DNA from: Dipteris shenzhenensis
Lineage: Eukaryota
Strand: one strand, 5' to 3'
Length of the DNA: 64,000 bases
NCBI GenBank assembly: GCA_047967505.1
Contig: CM106538.1
Shown: positions 36,501 to 50,700 of the stretch, in pieces
How the letters are laid out: every line of letters begins with the position of its first letter
How positions within the stretch are numbered: position 1 is the stretch's first letter
The notes under the pieces: model-generated
What the model was told of the DNA's origin: nothing
Seen by the model: the letters and a program-made list of their open reading frames with translations, nothing else
Database searches by the model: none
Program-made: the position numbers and the translations under genes

Positions 36501-39110
36501 AATGCACTTATCTACTAAAACATCGAGAGCAATTGGAGAAAATGCGCCCTAAAAATACCAACATCTTCTTTGATGACATCATGATGAAGTACTTGAAACA
36601 CACAATAATCTTCTAGATATATGCCTAGCAACTTTTATGAGCCAATACACAATTACAAATTTAAATACAAAAAAAGAAAGAAACATAAGATCATCCGCTT
36701 CAATAACTACAACCTTCAAAAAGACCCAAAAAATTACTACCACGAGAAATGCATTCTATTTCTTCCATATCACAATAATGAACTTACTCTTGATGAAAAT
36801 TATCAAACTTGGCATGACATGTTCTTTTCCAACAAACACATCATACAACCCAATGAAGACAGTTTATCAAACTAATTCTAAAATTCCCTGCAAGGTCAAA
36901 TGATACATTGACAACATCATTTTCAATATCAAACCAAACATTAACCAATGTCGACAAATATGACATTGGGTTAGAAATGCGAAAAAAAACAAAAATGTCT
37001 CAACATTTTGACAAGTCTTTGCCGAAATATTCAATGATGCCTAACACACAATATTACTATTCCATGAGAACAATGTTTGCTTCTCGAAGACATAATGCTA
37101 AAGAAAAAATGTGCTACGAATAAACGACATCATCTTTTCCTAACAAGAAATGTAGGAACAGGGAAAACATTCACACTACTACTCATAGTACAAGCCCTTT
37201 TACGACACTACTCACATAATCATTCATTAGACATAGAGCTCCCCAAATTGTTATTGCTTGCATACACAGGCAAGGCGACTTTCAACATTGGCGGCACAAC
37301 TATACATGCAGCACTTCATTTGCCACTAATGGCATCTCATTACACAAGCCTCTCAGCTGAAAAATTATAAGAACTATCTCAATTTGTACAAAGACCTTGA
37401 ACTAGTGGTATTTGATGAGGTATCTTTAATTGGACACAGTACACTTGTCGCTTTGCTGACATGTGTCTCCACGAGATTAAGCACAATCACTTGCAACCTT
37501 TTGAAGGAGTAGACATTATTCTTTGTGGAGATTTGTGTCAAGCAAGTGCAACAAAAGACTCATGGATATTCGTGGACCAAGCAACAAACACAAGATCAAT
37601 GTCATCATTTTGGAAAGACAATGTCCTAATTTATGAATTAATAAAGCTGATGCCCCAAGATGACAACACATGCTATATGGTATATTTAGTAAGCTGAATA
37701 GCATAAACCATGTGCTATGTAGCATACATAGTGTGCCCCATAAAATAAATACTTTCATCAAGCAATAAAAAAGGAAAACATACCTTACTTATTCTACACA
37801 AATGCAAGCAAGGATGCACGCAATGAGAAGGTCTTCTCATTACTTAAGAAAAATCCACATATCTTGAAAGCAATTGACAAAAGACACAAGACATGTAGCA
37901 AAACAATAAACATTCCTACATCTCCTAAGAACACATCAGGATTGCACCAAACATTGTACCTAAAGCTAGGAATGATAATAGAAATATGTTCAGGAAACTT
38001 GGACATTAGTGATGGTCTAGTCAACGGTGCCGATGCAATATTCAAACAATTGTTCATCGTAATTGAGCCTCAAATTGTTTAGGTTCAATTTACTAATAAT
38101 ATCATTGGAAGAAAAACTCGCTTCAACAACAAGCACCTCTACATTAACAGAATTTTCCCATAATGGACATACAAATAACAAGGGAATTTCAAATTTGAAA
38201 AAACCATTTGAACACTATCACTAGATGACAATTTCCACTACAACCAGTAGCAGCTGCAAGAACAATACACCGTTCCCAAGCTCTATCTATGGACTATCTT
38301 GCATTTAATCCTTCTTTCATCAAGGCACATGGCCTTACATACACAGCACTTTGCAACCTAGAGAACCTTTACCTCATGAAGCCACTCATACCTAAATACA
38401 TCAAAATCGACGAAAATGTTATGAAAGAAATAGAAAGATTGAGATTACATCGGCAATGGATACAAAATCAAATTAACCACTCCTTAAACAATACCCCACA
38501 AATGACGTTGTAATCTTTAAATGTTAGAGCATTCTCTTCACACTACAAAGACATTGTTGCTGACAAAAGCCTCATGAGTGTCACAATATTATGCCTCCAA
38601 GAACTTCATTGTCAAAATAATCAATCACTCTTCTTGGAAAATTTCACAATCTTGCAAAACAACAATGGCGTTGGAATTGCAACATGTTACAAAACTGATG
38701 TTCAATTGCAAATGCAAGAATACATTATACAGAAGAGATCAGAGTGTTTGTTAACAATATTCAAAACACATCAAAACTCAACATTTGTAATAATTAATGT
38801 TTACAAACACCCTTCCTCACCACAATCAACACTTATAAATATATTGCAAACAATGATAAACAAAGTACAACAGCAAATTCCGACTACAATATTAGGGGAC
38901 TTCAATATACATTGCAACAACACTACAAATTCAACACAACTACACAAATTCATGGGACAAAAGAATTTCAAACAATTAATAGAAGAACCAACTTGTATTC
39001 ATGGTTCCACAATTGATCATATCTGAAAAAACAAATATTGTAACAACACAACTTACAAAACAAATTTTATTCACTGGTCCGACCACTCCCTCTTATACAC
39101 AACAATTGAT
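33560..39110 (+). pseudogene. Disrupted Rep-helicase-endonuclease polyprotein of copy B (~5.5 kb)
   Basis: Successive plus-strand ORF pieces from 33485 to 39026 give HTH, CICC/CSIC zinc finger, DUF6570-like region, Rep, PIF1 and EEP domains in order. Confidence 0.88.
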
Positions 39111-39189
39111 AATATTGGGCAGGCCTTATGAATGTAATTCACCTTGTTCATATGATGCTGAGAGTATACTAAGTAGTAAGTAGAATTGC

Positions 39190-39830
39190 TTCCACTGCTA
39201 CAACCATGTTCCAGCCTCCTCATAGGCTGACCGTTAAACGCCTTGCCTGCCAGCTTCTGCTACAACTCCTCACCTTGCGAGTACACCTATAGGTATGGTG
39301 TTCCTTGAGATAATTCTATCACCGCAGGCATTCTCACTCACCATCAGAGAATACTCTTTGCTCAGCTTTGCTTTCGGTGCTTGACTCTTTAATTACAGGC
39401 CGAGGGCTGCACTGTGTAGGCATAGTGGGCATGGTAGTAGCACGCTTTCGCACTAATTCTTCTAGGTAGACATCCTAGTCACTTAGATCCATGCTGTCTC
39501 CAAGACTAGCCCATGCATGTTCAGATCTCTCGCGTACATCAATGACCCGGGTGCTCAATCCAACTCAACCCATCCTTCCTTGTATTACCTCCACTTTCAA
39601 GGAAGTAGCATGGGTGGATTAACCTCCCTTTCCTGACCTTCAACATCTGGCACCTTGTCATCTCCTCCACTCTACTCACAAATGCCACCTACACTCCATT
39701 GCTCAATGTCTACTCATCTACTATTCACTTCCCTACCATCAACGGCTCGGGGCCTTCGGAGTGTCCAACTCATCGTCATTTTGACATAGCGAAAGGGTCT
39801 ATCCTCTTGTTGATTATTTCTTCCATTAAC
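39190..39830 (+). pseudogene. Nepenthesin-like A1 aspartic protease pseudogene fragment, copy 1
   Basis: LPASFCYNSSPCEYTYRYG, DNSITAGIL, GIVGM, PSLYYLHFQGSSMGG, TLLTNATYTPLL. Confidence 0.7.
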
Positions 39831-40199
39831 CCTTTCACGGGCAAAAGAGGAGTGTTTGGACTGTCTTGTAATTTATAGAAATAATCTAACAACCACTAAA
39901 GGTCAGCAACAAAGAACGTTCAGCAAAGATGCCAATGAGGAGTGTTTGGGCTGTCTTACAATTTGTAGAAATAATCTAACAACCACATGCGAGGACAATC
40001 ATAAAGGGTCACACATTAACTTGTAGCTTGCTCCTTTCGCTCATGAAAGGGTCCCAAAATCATGTTGGTAGGCAGATTCATGAGTGTCTCTCTCAACTTG
40101 ATGGCATTTATGTATAGCTTGCTACTTTTTAGAAATCATTGGCTTCTCACATATGTTTAGTGACTTCTTCGCTAGCAACAAGGTCCTAAGAGACATGTA

Positions 40200-43100
40200 G
40201 AAAAAGGACCTTATATACAAAGCAAATAAGCTTGAAGATAATCCTCTGATCAAATCTCATAAAAGAGCTGATGGAGAGATTGTAAATCTTTGATACATTG
40301 GCCATTATTCACCACCTTGAAAAGACAATCATTGCATTGGCGATCATTTTCTACACTAGATCAATCAAAGAAAGAACATAGTTTATTTGCACACCAAATG
40401 GCATCCACACCTCCTTAATCTCACAACACCATCAAATGCCAAAATATGACTTCTCACCCCCTCACTTCCTAACATGGGCATCAAATTTAAGTCCCATTCC
40501 TTTTGTCCTCATACTATTAGATATCAATGCTCCACTCTCGTGTAACTACACGGGAACCAACGAACTCTACTTGTAAGCCCCCCATATAAGGAGAAGGCAT
40601 TTGAGTAGCTCGGTTATCCGGTAGGTCCTGGTTTGGACACTAGATGGGGGCCATGTGTGGCTTGATGGTTGCCCGTTTGGAGCCTCAGATGATCCCGAAT
40701 GGTTCTAGGCCGAACGGAGACCGTAGGTTAGTTGCTCTATTTTGCGCACCGGTTCTATCGTGTGGTCGGTGGCCTATTTTGGGAGACCCCCAGTCGGTCG
40801 TTTTGGGTGGACTAGGTCAGTCACCCAATTGGCTCTAACCGACTACTTGTGGTGGCTATATAAGTGCAAGCCCGTGAAGCCCATTTCATCACTGGCTACA
40901 GCAACCCTGATTCCTTAGCATCCAGCCTCTGTCTTCTACTATTTTTAGCTCACCATCAAAGCTTCTTTCACAGGAGCACACGACTGGGAGGCAGCGCCAT
41001 CTATTGTATCAGTTTTACAGTAATCAAATTTTTGATTCTCCATACTATCTGTTTTCTCTCTTGCATACGGGATCCTGTTATCTGTTGAGCACAGATGTTG
41101 TATTATTTTCTTACATGGTATCAGTGCTTGGACTCTAGCAAGAAGATTTGGTAGCCCGAAAGATTGCGAATCCCACCGTTCAGCGAAAGCGAAAAGTTGG
41201 ATGGCACTAACTATCCACTCTAGAAGTTCAAGATGATGACCATCCTAAGCGCATACGAGCTTTGGGATACTGCTACTAGGGTGAACATGAAGCCGGTCCC
41301 AAGACTGAATCCGACCAATGCAGTAGAACAGATAGTACCAACTGCGGATGAGATTCTCGCGTGGACAAGAAGAAATGTAGATGCATTGTGTTCTATTGTC
41401 TGTAGTGTAAGTGATTCTATCATGGCATTAATTCAACATGTCACCACAGCAGAGGAGGCATGGACGGTCTTGAAAAATCAGTACGAGACCATGAATCAGA
41501 CGCAGATTCAAAATCTGGAGACTCAACTCGCAAATGAGAATCTGCCTGAGTCTGAAGCAGTAGAGAAGTTCATCACCAGGGTGAAGAATCTGCACGATCA
41601 GATGACTACGATTGGCATCACCATCATCAGCAAGAATCTAGCACGAAGGTGCATACGAATTCTCCCACCAAAGTACGATGGTCTTGTTATGGCACTGAAT
41701 ACGCAAAACAGAAATCCACCCCTCGACTTTGAGGATTTTAGTACAATGCTTCTAGAGGAGGAGATGCATCAAAAGACGAGGACTGGAGCAGATTCAGCTT
41801 TCTACGCTGGATCAAAGAAAGGTAAGGGTAAGGACTCTGGTAACCCATCTTCTTCTAATGATAAAAAGAGAAAGAAGAAGATCAAGTGCTTCTATTACAA
41901 CAAGGTAGGGCACAAGCAGAATGAGTGCCGAAAGAAGATTATAGATGAGAAGAACGGTATAAAGAAAGATTCTAGCAACAGTGTGTAGGCAGTACCAGTA
42001 GAGCTATTCGTAGGAATTCAGGAGATTTGCATGGAGGTAGTTCATGTACCTATGGATGAACCATGATTATTGACAGTGGTGCATTGTGCCACATGACCAG
42101 TCAGAAGGATTGGTATACCTCTCTACAGCCGATAAGGAATGACATCCTAGTAGCAGTCGGCAATGATGCAAAATGTCCAGCAAAAGAAAAAGGTACGATT
42201 GCTCTCAAGTCAGATGGAGTTGTAAAATAGTTGTCCGATGTTCTTTATGTGCCAGATATCAAGAGGAACTTTTGCCCGTTTCTGCGATCACGGATCGAGA
42301 CCTCAAAGTTCACTTCGATAAGAATGGTGCACAAATTTTGGATCTTCAAAGGTTGGTCATTGGTAAAGGTACACAGTGCAACAACATCTACAAACTCTCA
42401 GCTTTCAGTGCTCGAGCGAACGTGAAGAACACTAAGCTGTGGCATGAGAGGTTTGGTCATCTAAACCTTAGTTCTTTAAAGGAGATGCATAAAAGTGGAA
42501 TGATTGTAGACCTACCACAAATTACAGATCTGCCCGATGTATGTGAAGCTTGTATGATGGGCAAGCAGCATTGGCATCCCTTTCCTAAAGAGGCTAGCAG
42601 GGCAAAGGCTCCTCTAGAGCTCGTTCACACGGACCTCTACAAAAAGATGGAGACGGAAGCTTTGGGTGGTTCCTATTACTTCATGATGCCGATCAACGAC
42701 TACAGTAGAAGGATATGGATGTAGTTCCTGAAAACTAAAGACAATGCTTTTAGTAATTAAAGGAATGGCATGTAATGGTCGAGAAAGAAACGGGGAGGAA
42801 GGTGAAGAAATTGAGATCAAACAGAGGTGGAGAGTTCACATCAAGTGAATTCGAAAGTTACTGCAAAAGTCACGAGATCACGAGGCAGAAACCCCTGCCA
42901 CATATATCACAGCAAAATGGAGTAGCAGAATACAAGATGCACGTCATCTGCGAAATGGGTAGGTGTATGCTAAAAGGGAAAGATTTGCCAAAGACTTTCT
43001 AGGCTGAAGCATGTAACACGGTAGTTTACATTCTGAATCGTAGCTACACAAAGGCTATGAATGGGATGACTCCACTGTAGGCCTTTTCTGGTAAGAAACC

Positions 43101-46100
43101 TTCAGCTGCACATTTCAAAGTTTTTGGATGTGACTGTTTTGTGCATGTCCCTGATGTTAACAGGACCAAATGGGAATCGAACAGCTGGAAGTGTATTTTC
43201 CTGGGCTACAGTGAAGAGGCGAAGGGTTACTATCTCTATAACCGTGTTTCCAAGAAGGTAATGGTAAGTCGCGATGTGGTCTTCTCAGAATAGCCACATC
43301 AATTGGAGGAGGATGCTTCCTTGCCAGACAACTAGGACCAAGATATCCATCTAGTACAACCACCAACAGCAGACCAAACTTCCCCAATGGTGCTTGGGAG
43401 GATTCAAGATAAAGAAGAGGAAGAAGAGCCTGCAGAACCACAATGGCAATGGCCATTCCCGAAGTGGGTAAAGCAGCCTTTGGACGATAGAGAACCTCCA
43501 GCCATTGAGGAGAAACCATTTGAACACCGCCGGCGGTCCAAGAGATTAGAGGAGCAAAGAAGGGTGCAGAAACACTTGGTCAACTATGCTTTGATGACAG
43601 AGGTGATCCGTGCTGATGAACCCAAGTGTCTTGAAGAAGCACAAGGTGATGATAGGTGGATGGAGGCCATGCAAGTCTGTAAACTAAAGAAGGCACTTTA
43701 CGGGCTGAAACAGGCCCCACGAGCGTGGTACCAGTGAATTGATGCCTACTTTCTACAAAACGAGTTTAGGAGGAGCCCATCTGATGCAAATTTGTATATC
43801 TTCAGAGAAGGAGGTAAGTGTATGATTGTGGTCCTTTATGTGGACGACCTTGTCATAACAGGGAACCATGAAGAGAAGATCTCGCAGACAAAGCATTTGC
43901 TAGGAAGAGAGTTTGAAATGACAGACCTCGGACTGATGCATATTTGGGGATTGAAGTTTGGCAAGAGCCAAAATAGATCTTCATTTCACAGCTAAAGTAT
44001 GCTAGAGAGATACTGAAGGCATTTGGCATGGCTGAGTGCAAGACAGTTGGTAGCCCTATGGAGGTTGACGTGAAGCTCTCAAATGAGGATTCATCACCAT
44101 TGGTGGACGAAGTGAAGTACAGAAGGCTTGTGGTCAACTTGATTTACTTGTGCAACACGTGGTCGGACATCAGCTTTGCAACTGGTGTACTAAGTAGGTT
44201 TTTCAATAAGCCCTGGGAGAACCATTGGAGGGCAGGGATGCGGGTGCTGAAACACATTAAAGGCACACTTGATTATGGCATCACCTATACCAAGGGGAAC
44301 ATCTTGACCGAATTCTGTGACTCGGATTATGCAGGAGACGTGGACAGTAGGAGATCAGTGACATGTTACTGTTTCTCACTTGGATCTGGAGCTGTGTCAT
44401 GGACCAGCAAGAAGCAACCTACAATTGCTCTTTCTTCTACCGAGGCTGAGTACAAATCAGCATGCTTTGCTTCTTGTGAGGCAGTGTGGTTAAGGAGGAT
44501 TTTAGGAGACATGGGTGCAATGCGGAACAAGCCTACGCAGTTATCATGTGACAATCAAAGTTGCATGGTGATTGCAAAGAACCTTGTGTTCCACGCTCAC
44601 ACAAAACACATTGAGATTCAATATCACTTTGTACGTGAGCTCATCATGGATGGAAAGGTCAACTTGGTGTACTATTCGACTACAGAGAATGCTGCGGACA
44701 TCTTCACAAAGGCTCTTGGAAGAGACTTGCTAGAGAGGCATCTTCATCGGCATTGGGCCGAAAAAAGTAAGTTCACTTGCGGGTGGACATTGAGGGGCAG
44801 TGTTAGATATCAATGCTCCACTCTCGTGTAACTATGCGAGAACTAGCGAACTCTACTTGTAAGCCCCCCATATGAGGAGAAGGCATTTGAGTAGCTCGGT
44901 TATCCAATAGGTTCTGGTTTAGACACACCAGATGGGGGCCATGTGTGGCCTGATGGCTAGACGGCTTTAGATAGAGTTGGCACATCGCCAACTAAGCTAC
45001 ATGCAAGTGCGAGAAGGCATCCCATGACTGACCGCACTGAGGGTAGACAGTGCATTTCCTGGGGCAGCCCACTCTCAGGTTGCGGGGCCCATTTGGAGCC
45101 TCAGATGATCTCGAATGGCTCTGGACCGAACAGAGATCATAGGTTAGTTGCTCTTTTTTGCGCACCGGTTCTATTGTGTGGTCGGTGGCCTATTTTGGGA
45201 CCGATCCCCAGTCGGTTGTTTTGGGTCGACTGGGTCGGTCACCCAATTGGCTCTAACCAACTACTTGTGGTGGCTATATAAGAGCAAGCCCGTGAAGCCC
45301 ATTTCATCACTGGCTATAGCAACCTTGATTCCTTAGCATCCAGCCTCCGTCTTCTACTGTTTCTAGCTCACCATCGAAGTTTCTTTCATAGGAGTGCATA
45401 GCTAGGAGGCAGCGCCATCTATTGTATCAGTTTTACAGTAATCAAATTTTTGATTCTCCATACTATCTGTTTTCTCTCTTACGTACAAGATCCTGTTATG
45501 TGTTGAGCACAGACGTTGTATTGTTTTCTTACACATACTTTCATTTGCTGGTGGAAACTCAAAGAGGATATTTCTAGCATACAAGTTAGGAACCTCTGTC
45601 ACATTTTGAAGTGAAGACACCATTTGAAAAGCAACATCTAATGTGCTTTTAGAAGGTAATCCTTTGATCAAATCAATCACAGTTCGGAAGGAGTTTTCTT
45701 TAGCAAAAGATTCAACCACTATTGATGAGCTCTGTACACAATGGATTCTTGCATGACCAATCACCTTACATTTATGCCCAAATTGAACATCTAAGATGAA
45801 TCCTCTCATCCCCCCTCAAATTAGAAGGAAACACAAATGAAATGTCTTGATTTGATTCATAAAAGAGTTGATGGAGTCCTAGATTCTCACCATCCAAGCT
45901 AAAGTAAAAAGAAATGTCTCTACCCCCAATAACATAGACACAATTCTGAGAGTGGGACGTTCTATGTTTCAAATGAAGGGCTCTCCATAGAAACAATGAA
46001 ACACTTCATACTGAATTGAGGATGAGGTTTGCATTACCACCTCAGCCAATTTTAATGATAGATTCTAACGACATTACCTCCCACTATCATGCACAGCACA

Positions 46101-46990
46101 AGGGCCTTCATCGGTTACAAGCATTCTATCCAAACCCTGAGAAGTGCCTCCATTGTGGTCAAGATGTCACTGGTTGCCTCTATCCCATGATGTTCACAAT
46201 CACACCACACTTTGATAGTGTAGAGTTGGAAGCAAATCAAATCAAAGATCTATTTTAGAGAAATGAGCACCATACGAAACTTTGGGATGCTCAGTTCAAT
46301 CCTATGGTTGCTTCACAATAGGAAGAGTTTACTATGCATTTCAGTTTGCACAAGAGCATTTTGATCCCCCTTTTAAGAAACAAAGATGCCTCTTAACTAT
46401 TAGTTCTTATCACACCTTCCTCTCTTCTAAATGCCATACATGATACATAGTTTAGGTATTGGAATTGTTGTGATTTTGCTTCATAGAAACTTCAAACCTA
46501 AGCAATCACACTATGAGGCAGCTATGTCAATAGCCATAAAGTGTCCATAAAGTGTTACCAAAGACCTCTTTATTAGCACACTCCCAAGATAGTAGAATAT
46601 CTATCAAACCTAGATTATGCAAGGTATCTTTATTTTACTTACAACTTATCAATTAGTAGTTTTTAGTTGAGTTGGAACTTAGTAGACTACGTAGAAGGTA
46701 GTACTAACTACTAACTACTAGAAGGTAGTACTAACTAGTAACTAGAAACTACTAACTAGTCATGTCGATTAGTTATACTCTAGTATCTTTATTCTACTTA
46801 AAAATTATTGGTTAGTACAGTGTTGGCTAAGCTAGAACTTACCAGACTACCTAGAAGTTAGAACTAACTCTAACTACTAACTAGTCATGTCTCCTAGCTA
46901 CAATCTAGTAACTACTAACTACCAACTAGTCATATGTATTAACCACATCCCACTAAGTACTTCACACATGATATCACTACAAGCTTAGAC
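40200..46990 (-). mobile_element. Decayed GCM-like/MULE-type DNA transposon relic, split by the copia insertion
   Basis: 40200-40514 plus 45534-46990 is colinear with 51340-53530 and with the inverted copy at 57440-57950. Ends in an ACTAGTAACTACTA-rich tract. Confidence 0.6.
40515..45533 (+). mobile_element. Full-length but defective Ty1/copia LTR retrotransposon
   Basis: LTRs at 40515-41115 and 44801-45533; TSD CATAC at 40510-40514 and 45534-45538; PBS TGGTATCAGTGC at 41116; PPT at 44791-44800. gag zinc knuckle, LWHERFGH, ELVHTDL, KKALYGLKQAPRAW, LYVDDL, FCDSDYAGD, ADIFTKAL. Confidence 0.97.
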
Positions 46991-47214
46991 CCTAGTACAT
47001 GAGATGATGGTTATGATTGTGGGACCTTGGTATGCATGCGCGAATTTCTTTCAGCAGCAATCTTCTTTGGTAATAAGGGAGTGTATTTTATGATCTTCAC
47101 CATGGGAGTGTATTTTGGCAATCTTCTTTGATGATAAGGGAGCATATTTCATATTCCACAAACCTTCAGTGCCCCGCTTGATACAACCAATGACATCATC
47201 TTGGTACAAATTGA

Positions 47215-47700
47215 CCCTTGCTTCCAGTTCTACAACCAAAGAGGAAATGTCATCTAGCCCTCCTCTCCACCTACAAAAATAGCCCATGTGCTAACCCCTT
47301 GTGCATCACCTTGCCCACCAGCTTCTGCTATAACTCCTCGCCTTGCAAATACACCTATGGCTATGGAGTTCATGGAGATTACCATCACCACAAGCATCAT
47401 CTCCTACAATACACTCACCAACAAAGAATACTATTACCCAACTTTGTTTTCGCTAGATTCTTTAATAGGGCCGATTGCCTTTCTAAGGGCTACATGCATA
47501 GTGGACATAGCAGCTTGTTTTGTCTCTCTACCTTCGCTGTAAACCCTTCTAGGTAGTAAATTCTCCTATTGTCTGGTCACTTGGACCAATGTTGTCACCT
47601 TGCCATCTCCATGACTAGCCCACTCCTATTTGGATCTCTTGCCAACATCAATGACACAAGCATTCAATCCATGCCCCTCCTTTTTAGCAATATCTCTTTC
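47215..47700 (+). pseudogene. Nepenthesin-like aspartic protease pseudogene fragment, copy 2
   Basis: STYKNSPCANPLCITLPTSFCYNSSPCKYTYGYG, LPNFVF, LGSKFSYCLV. DNA is alignable by eye to 39240-39560. Confidence 0.75.
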
Positions 47701-50700
47701 CTACTCATCCAAGGATTCTCAATACTTCAATTATGGGATTAATAAAGCTAAGGGAAACTCTTATAAAATAGACTGAATTACCATAATCCTCAAAAGAGAG
47801 TATGGTAGGGAGGGATTTATAAGAGTCTCTAAAGTGTTCACTTTTTGTTCAAATATTGATGATGTTCTCTAAAGGAGGGTTATAATGATGAATAAGTAAG
47901 TACACCTCAACATCCCCTCGTGATGTTCCCAATCACTCTCAATCATAATTGTTATTCATGCTACCTCTATTTATAGACTGATATGCATTTCGGCAAATAA
48001 TGACTATTGCTTCATGTCTGTGTTAAGCACTGACATGCTTGTATAACACCTTGACTTGGTCACAACCATGATGATGCCCTCTAGACCCTTTTGTTGGCAA
48101 AAAGGTCCTGAGTCATCACTATGGCTTTGCCACATTAAAAAACATGGATGGATTTTTTTAACGCTTTGAAAGAGTTTGAGTAAGAGCATTGATGCATGAA
48201 TGAAATAATGCTCTGAAAGAGTCAAGCAAAAGTATAGCCAAGTAGTCTAAGAGAACCAAGATAGAGAATAGATAGATCGATTGGAGCCTTTTGCCATGGT
48301 AGCAAAAGGGTCCTGGGAGATTTCAAACATGGCTATCACTTTATCACATTACAAGACATGGATGGAAAGAACCAAACAATAGGATAGATGAGATTTCATT
48401 GACCCTTTCAATAGCAAAGGGTCCTAGGAGACTAGAGCTATGGCTATTGCTTTATAACATGGATAATTTTTAATGCTTTGAAAGAGCCAAACAAGAGAAT
48501 ACATGTGCTTCCAATGGATGAGATAGCTCAGAAGTGTGTGCCATTCCTATCGAATGAGCCTTGTCTTCCATTAACCCTTTTATTAGTGAGAGGTCCTAAG
48601 AGACTTAATTTGAAGGCCACTTGGAGTCTTGGCATGTTTGTCTAAAGAACTACTCCAAGTGTATGTGTGTATGTGGTATGCAGTGTATTCAAGTCTTGGC
48701 ATTACATACATACATGTATAAACACACAAACATATACACATATATTCTTGCATACACATACCCATTCATATTTCTATATATACATATGATACATTGGCTT
48801 ACATTGTTCATGCCTTGCAGACATGGGGCACACTCTCATGAACATGCACAAGTGCAAGCTTAATTAAACTATTGATTTCCAAAGAACTCATTATTCTTAA
48901 ACAAAGAAAGATACCTATAAACCACTCTTTTAACACAATCAAGCATATCCAATTGCTTTGATATGGTGCACTCACTACTATAAACTCGTTCAAAGGCTAA
49001 AATATATCTTCTCTATGTCATGTTACAATATCTTCAAGATACTCTTTCAAAGTTGAATGAGCTTGCAAAACAACTTGAGCACTAGTTATTGAAGCATCAA
49101 TGACTTGTTGAAGTAGACGTTCACTCTCTTCCAAAAGTTGCACTATCCAAACCTCCTTTGCCATCCATATAGTGTAATGAATTGCATGATCACCATGTGA
49201 AATACCATAAGAGTCATGAAGATTTTTGTCTCAGTACCAAGAATTTTAAGCACCCAAACTTTCTTCCCATTGGAGCAACATGAAATAGAGCTTGTCTAAT
49301 GTTATAATTGGTCACTTTGCCTCATAAAACGACCACAAAACCTTAAACTATGCCCCTCCATTTCTTGGATTTACTATTGAGAGGAGTTGTACGTAATTGA
49401 CATGCATACTTATTATTGCATAATGTTTATCATTTATATACAATATATCAGTAATGATAAAAGCAACAATTTACCCATTGCATCTTGTGGACATAAGCTT
49501 GACCCACAGCCTTCCTAGCATCAGCCACATGAACTATGTATTCCTTTGGAATTTTCACTTTTTCTCAAAGTCTATTTTCCATTTTTCCTTTGATCAAAGC
49601 ATAGTTTAGGCAACAATAAAGACCAACATTAGACATGTCACAAATGATCATATCACATATTCCCTTAGTGTTTCTATAGCTATTGTTGATGACTATGGTT
49701 GGGCATTTCCATGGTGGAGTGAGTTGCCTTGTGGTAGAGATTGAAAGTGTGCATGAGATGGATGGTTGATATTATCGATGCCTACTATTATGCACATGCG
49801 GGAAAATTTCAAATGAAGGTGTTCTATTGACTTTAAACAACCTGATTATGGTGACTTTTACTAATTATTTGGATTTGTTAATAAGTAGGAATGCCATTTT
49901 GTAGGTTACATCTTTTCACGTCAAGGAATTGCAATGTCTTGGCCATAAGGCACAAACATTTGCCTAGGCAGCAAGTGGTGTGTGTTTCAAGTCTCAGTGA
50001 TTACATGCTTCCTCATTACTTGCCATCAGTAGATCGAGTGGAAAAGGAAGGAAAACAGACATGTTGTGTAGGGCTTGAGAATATCCCCTCTTTTTTGTTA
50101 TGCTTTATGGAGCTTTTATGTCCTAGAGGGGGTGCCATTATGGAGTTTGGAGCAAATACAAGTCCATGCATGAGGGCAGTACTCAAATCTAGGCATGCTT
50201 GTTTGTCAATGCACAATGGCCCATTTATATGTGAGAAGTACTTGACACCTTTCCTTGTGGAGGATGGAAGTGGTTAAGGTGATCTCTATATTGTTTGCAT
50301 CTTGGTGCTCTTTATATCTAAGGATGATGATGCTAAGTTGGCATTCCATTATCCTTTGGAATAGAGAGTAGTCTACTATGTTCTTAAGCTCCTCAAATCA
50401 CCCTAAGGTAATATTTTTGAGTATATTGAAAATAGCACTCTTACCTTCTTATGCAAAGGACATGGCTGCCCAAATGAAGTACACTTCAATCTCTAATTGC
50501 ACTTCAAATCTACTATGACATAGGGAACCATTTGGGTCAATTTTCATAGATTATATGGTTGAGGAGAGGCATGATCCATAGGTATTCACTAATTTAGTCT
50601 ACATGTTGCACCTGTGCTTGTTTTGATTTATGAACCTGTTAATATATTGGGCTTTTTTAGGGTTTTAAGTGGTTCATGATATTCTTCATCTCACATTTGA

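Larger units (their letters stand above)
31000..39110 (+). mobile_element. Helentron/HLE2-type rolling-circle transposon, copy B (decayed; termini not resolved)
   Basis: FFITLS, EFQNRGSQHDHGLLW, AAYCTSYITK; GTGKTF, AYTGKATFNIGGTTIHAAL, FDEVSLIG, ARTIHRSQ; endonuclease ILCLQE, ILGDFNI, TIDHI, WSDH. Colinear with copy A. Confidence 0.92.

Noticed and set aside
46973-46983. CACTACAAG, like a CACTA terminus (also near 53510)
   Set aside because: It lies inside the shared repeat with homology on both sides. I found no matching inverted end or 3-bp TSD.
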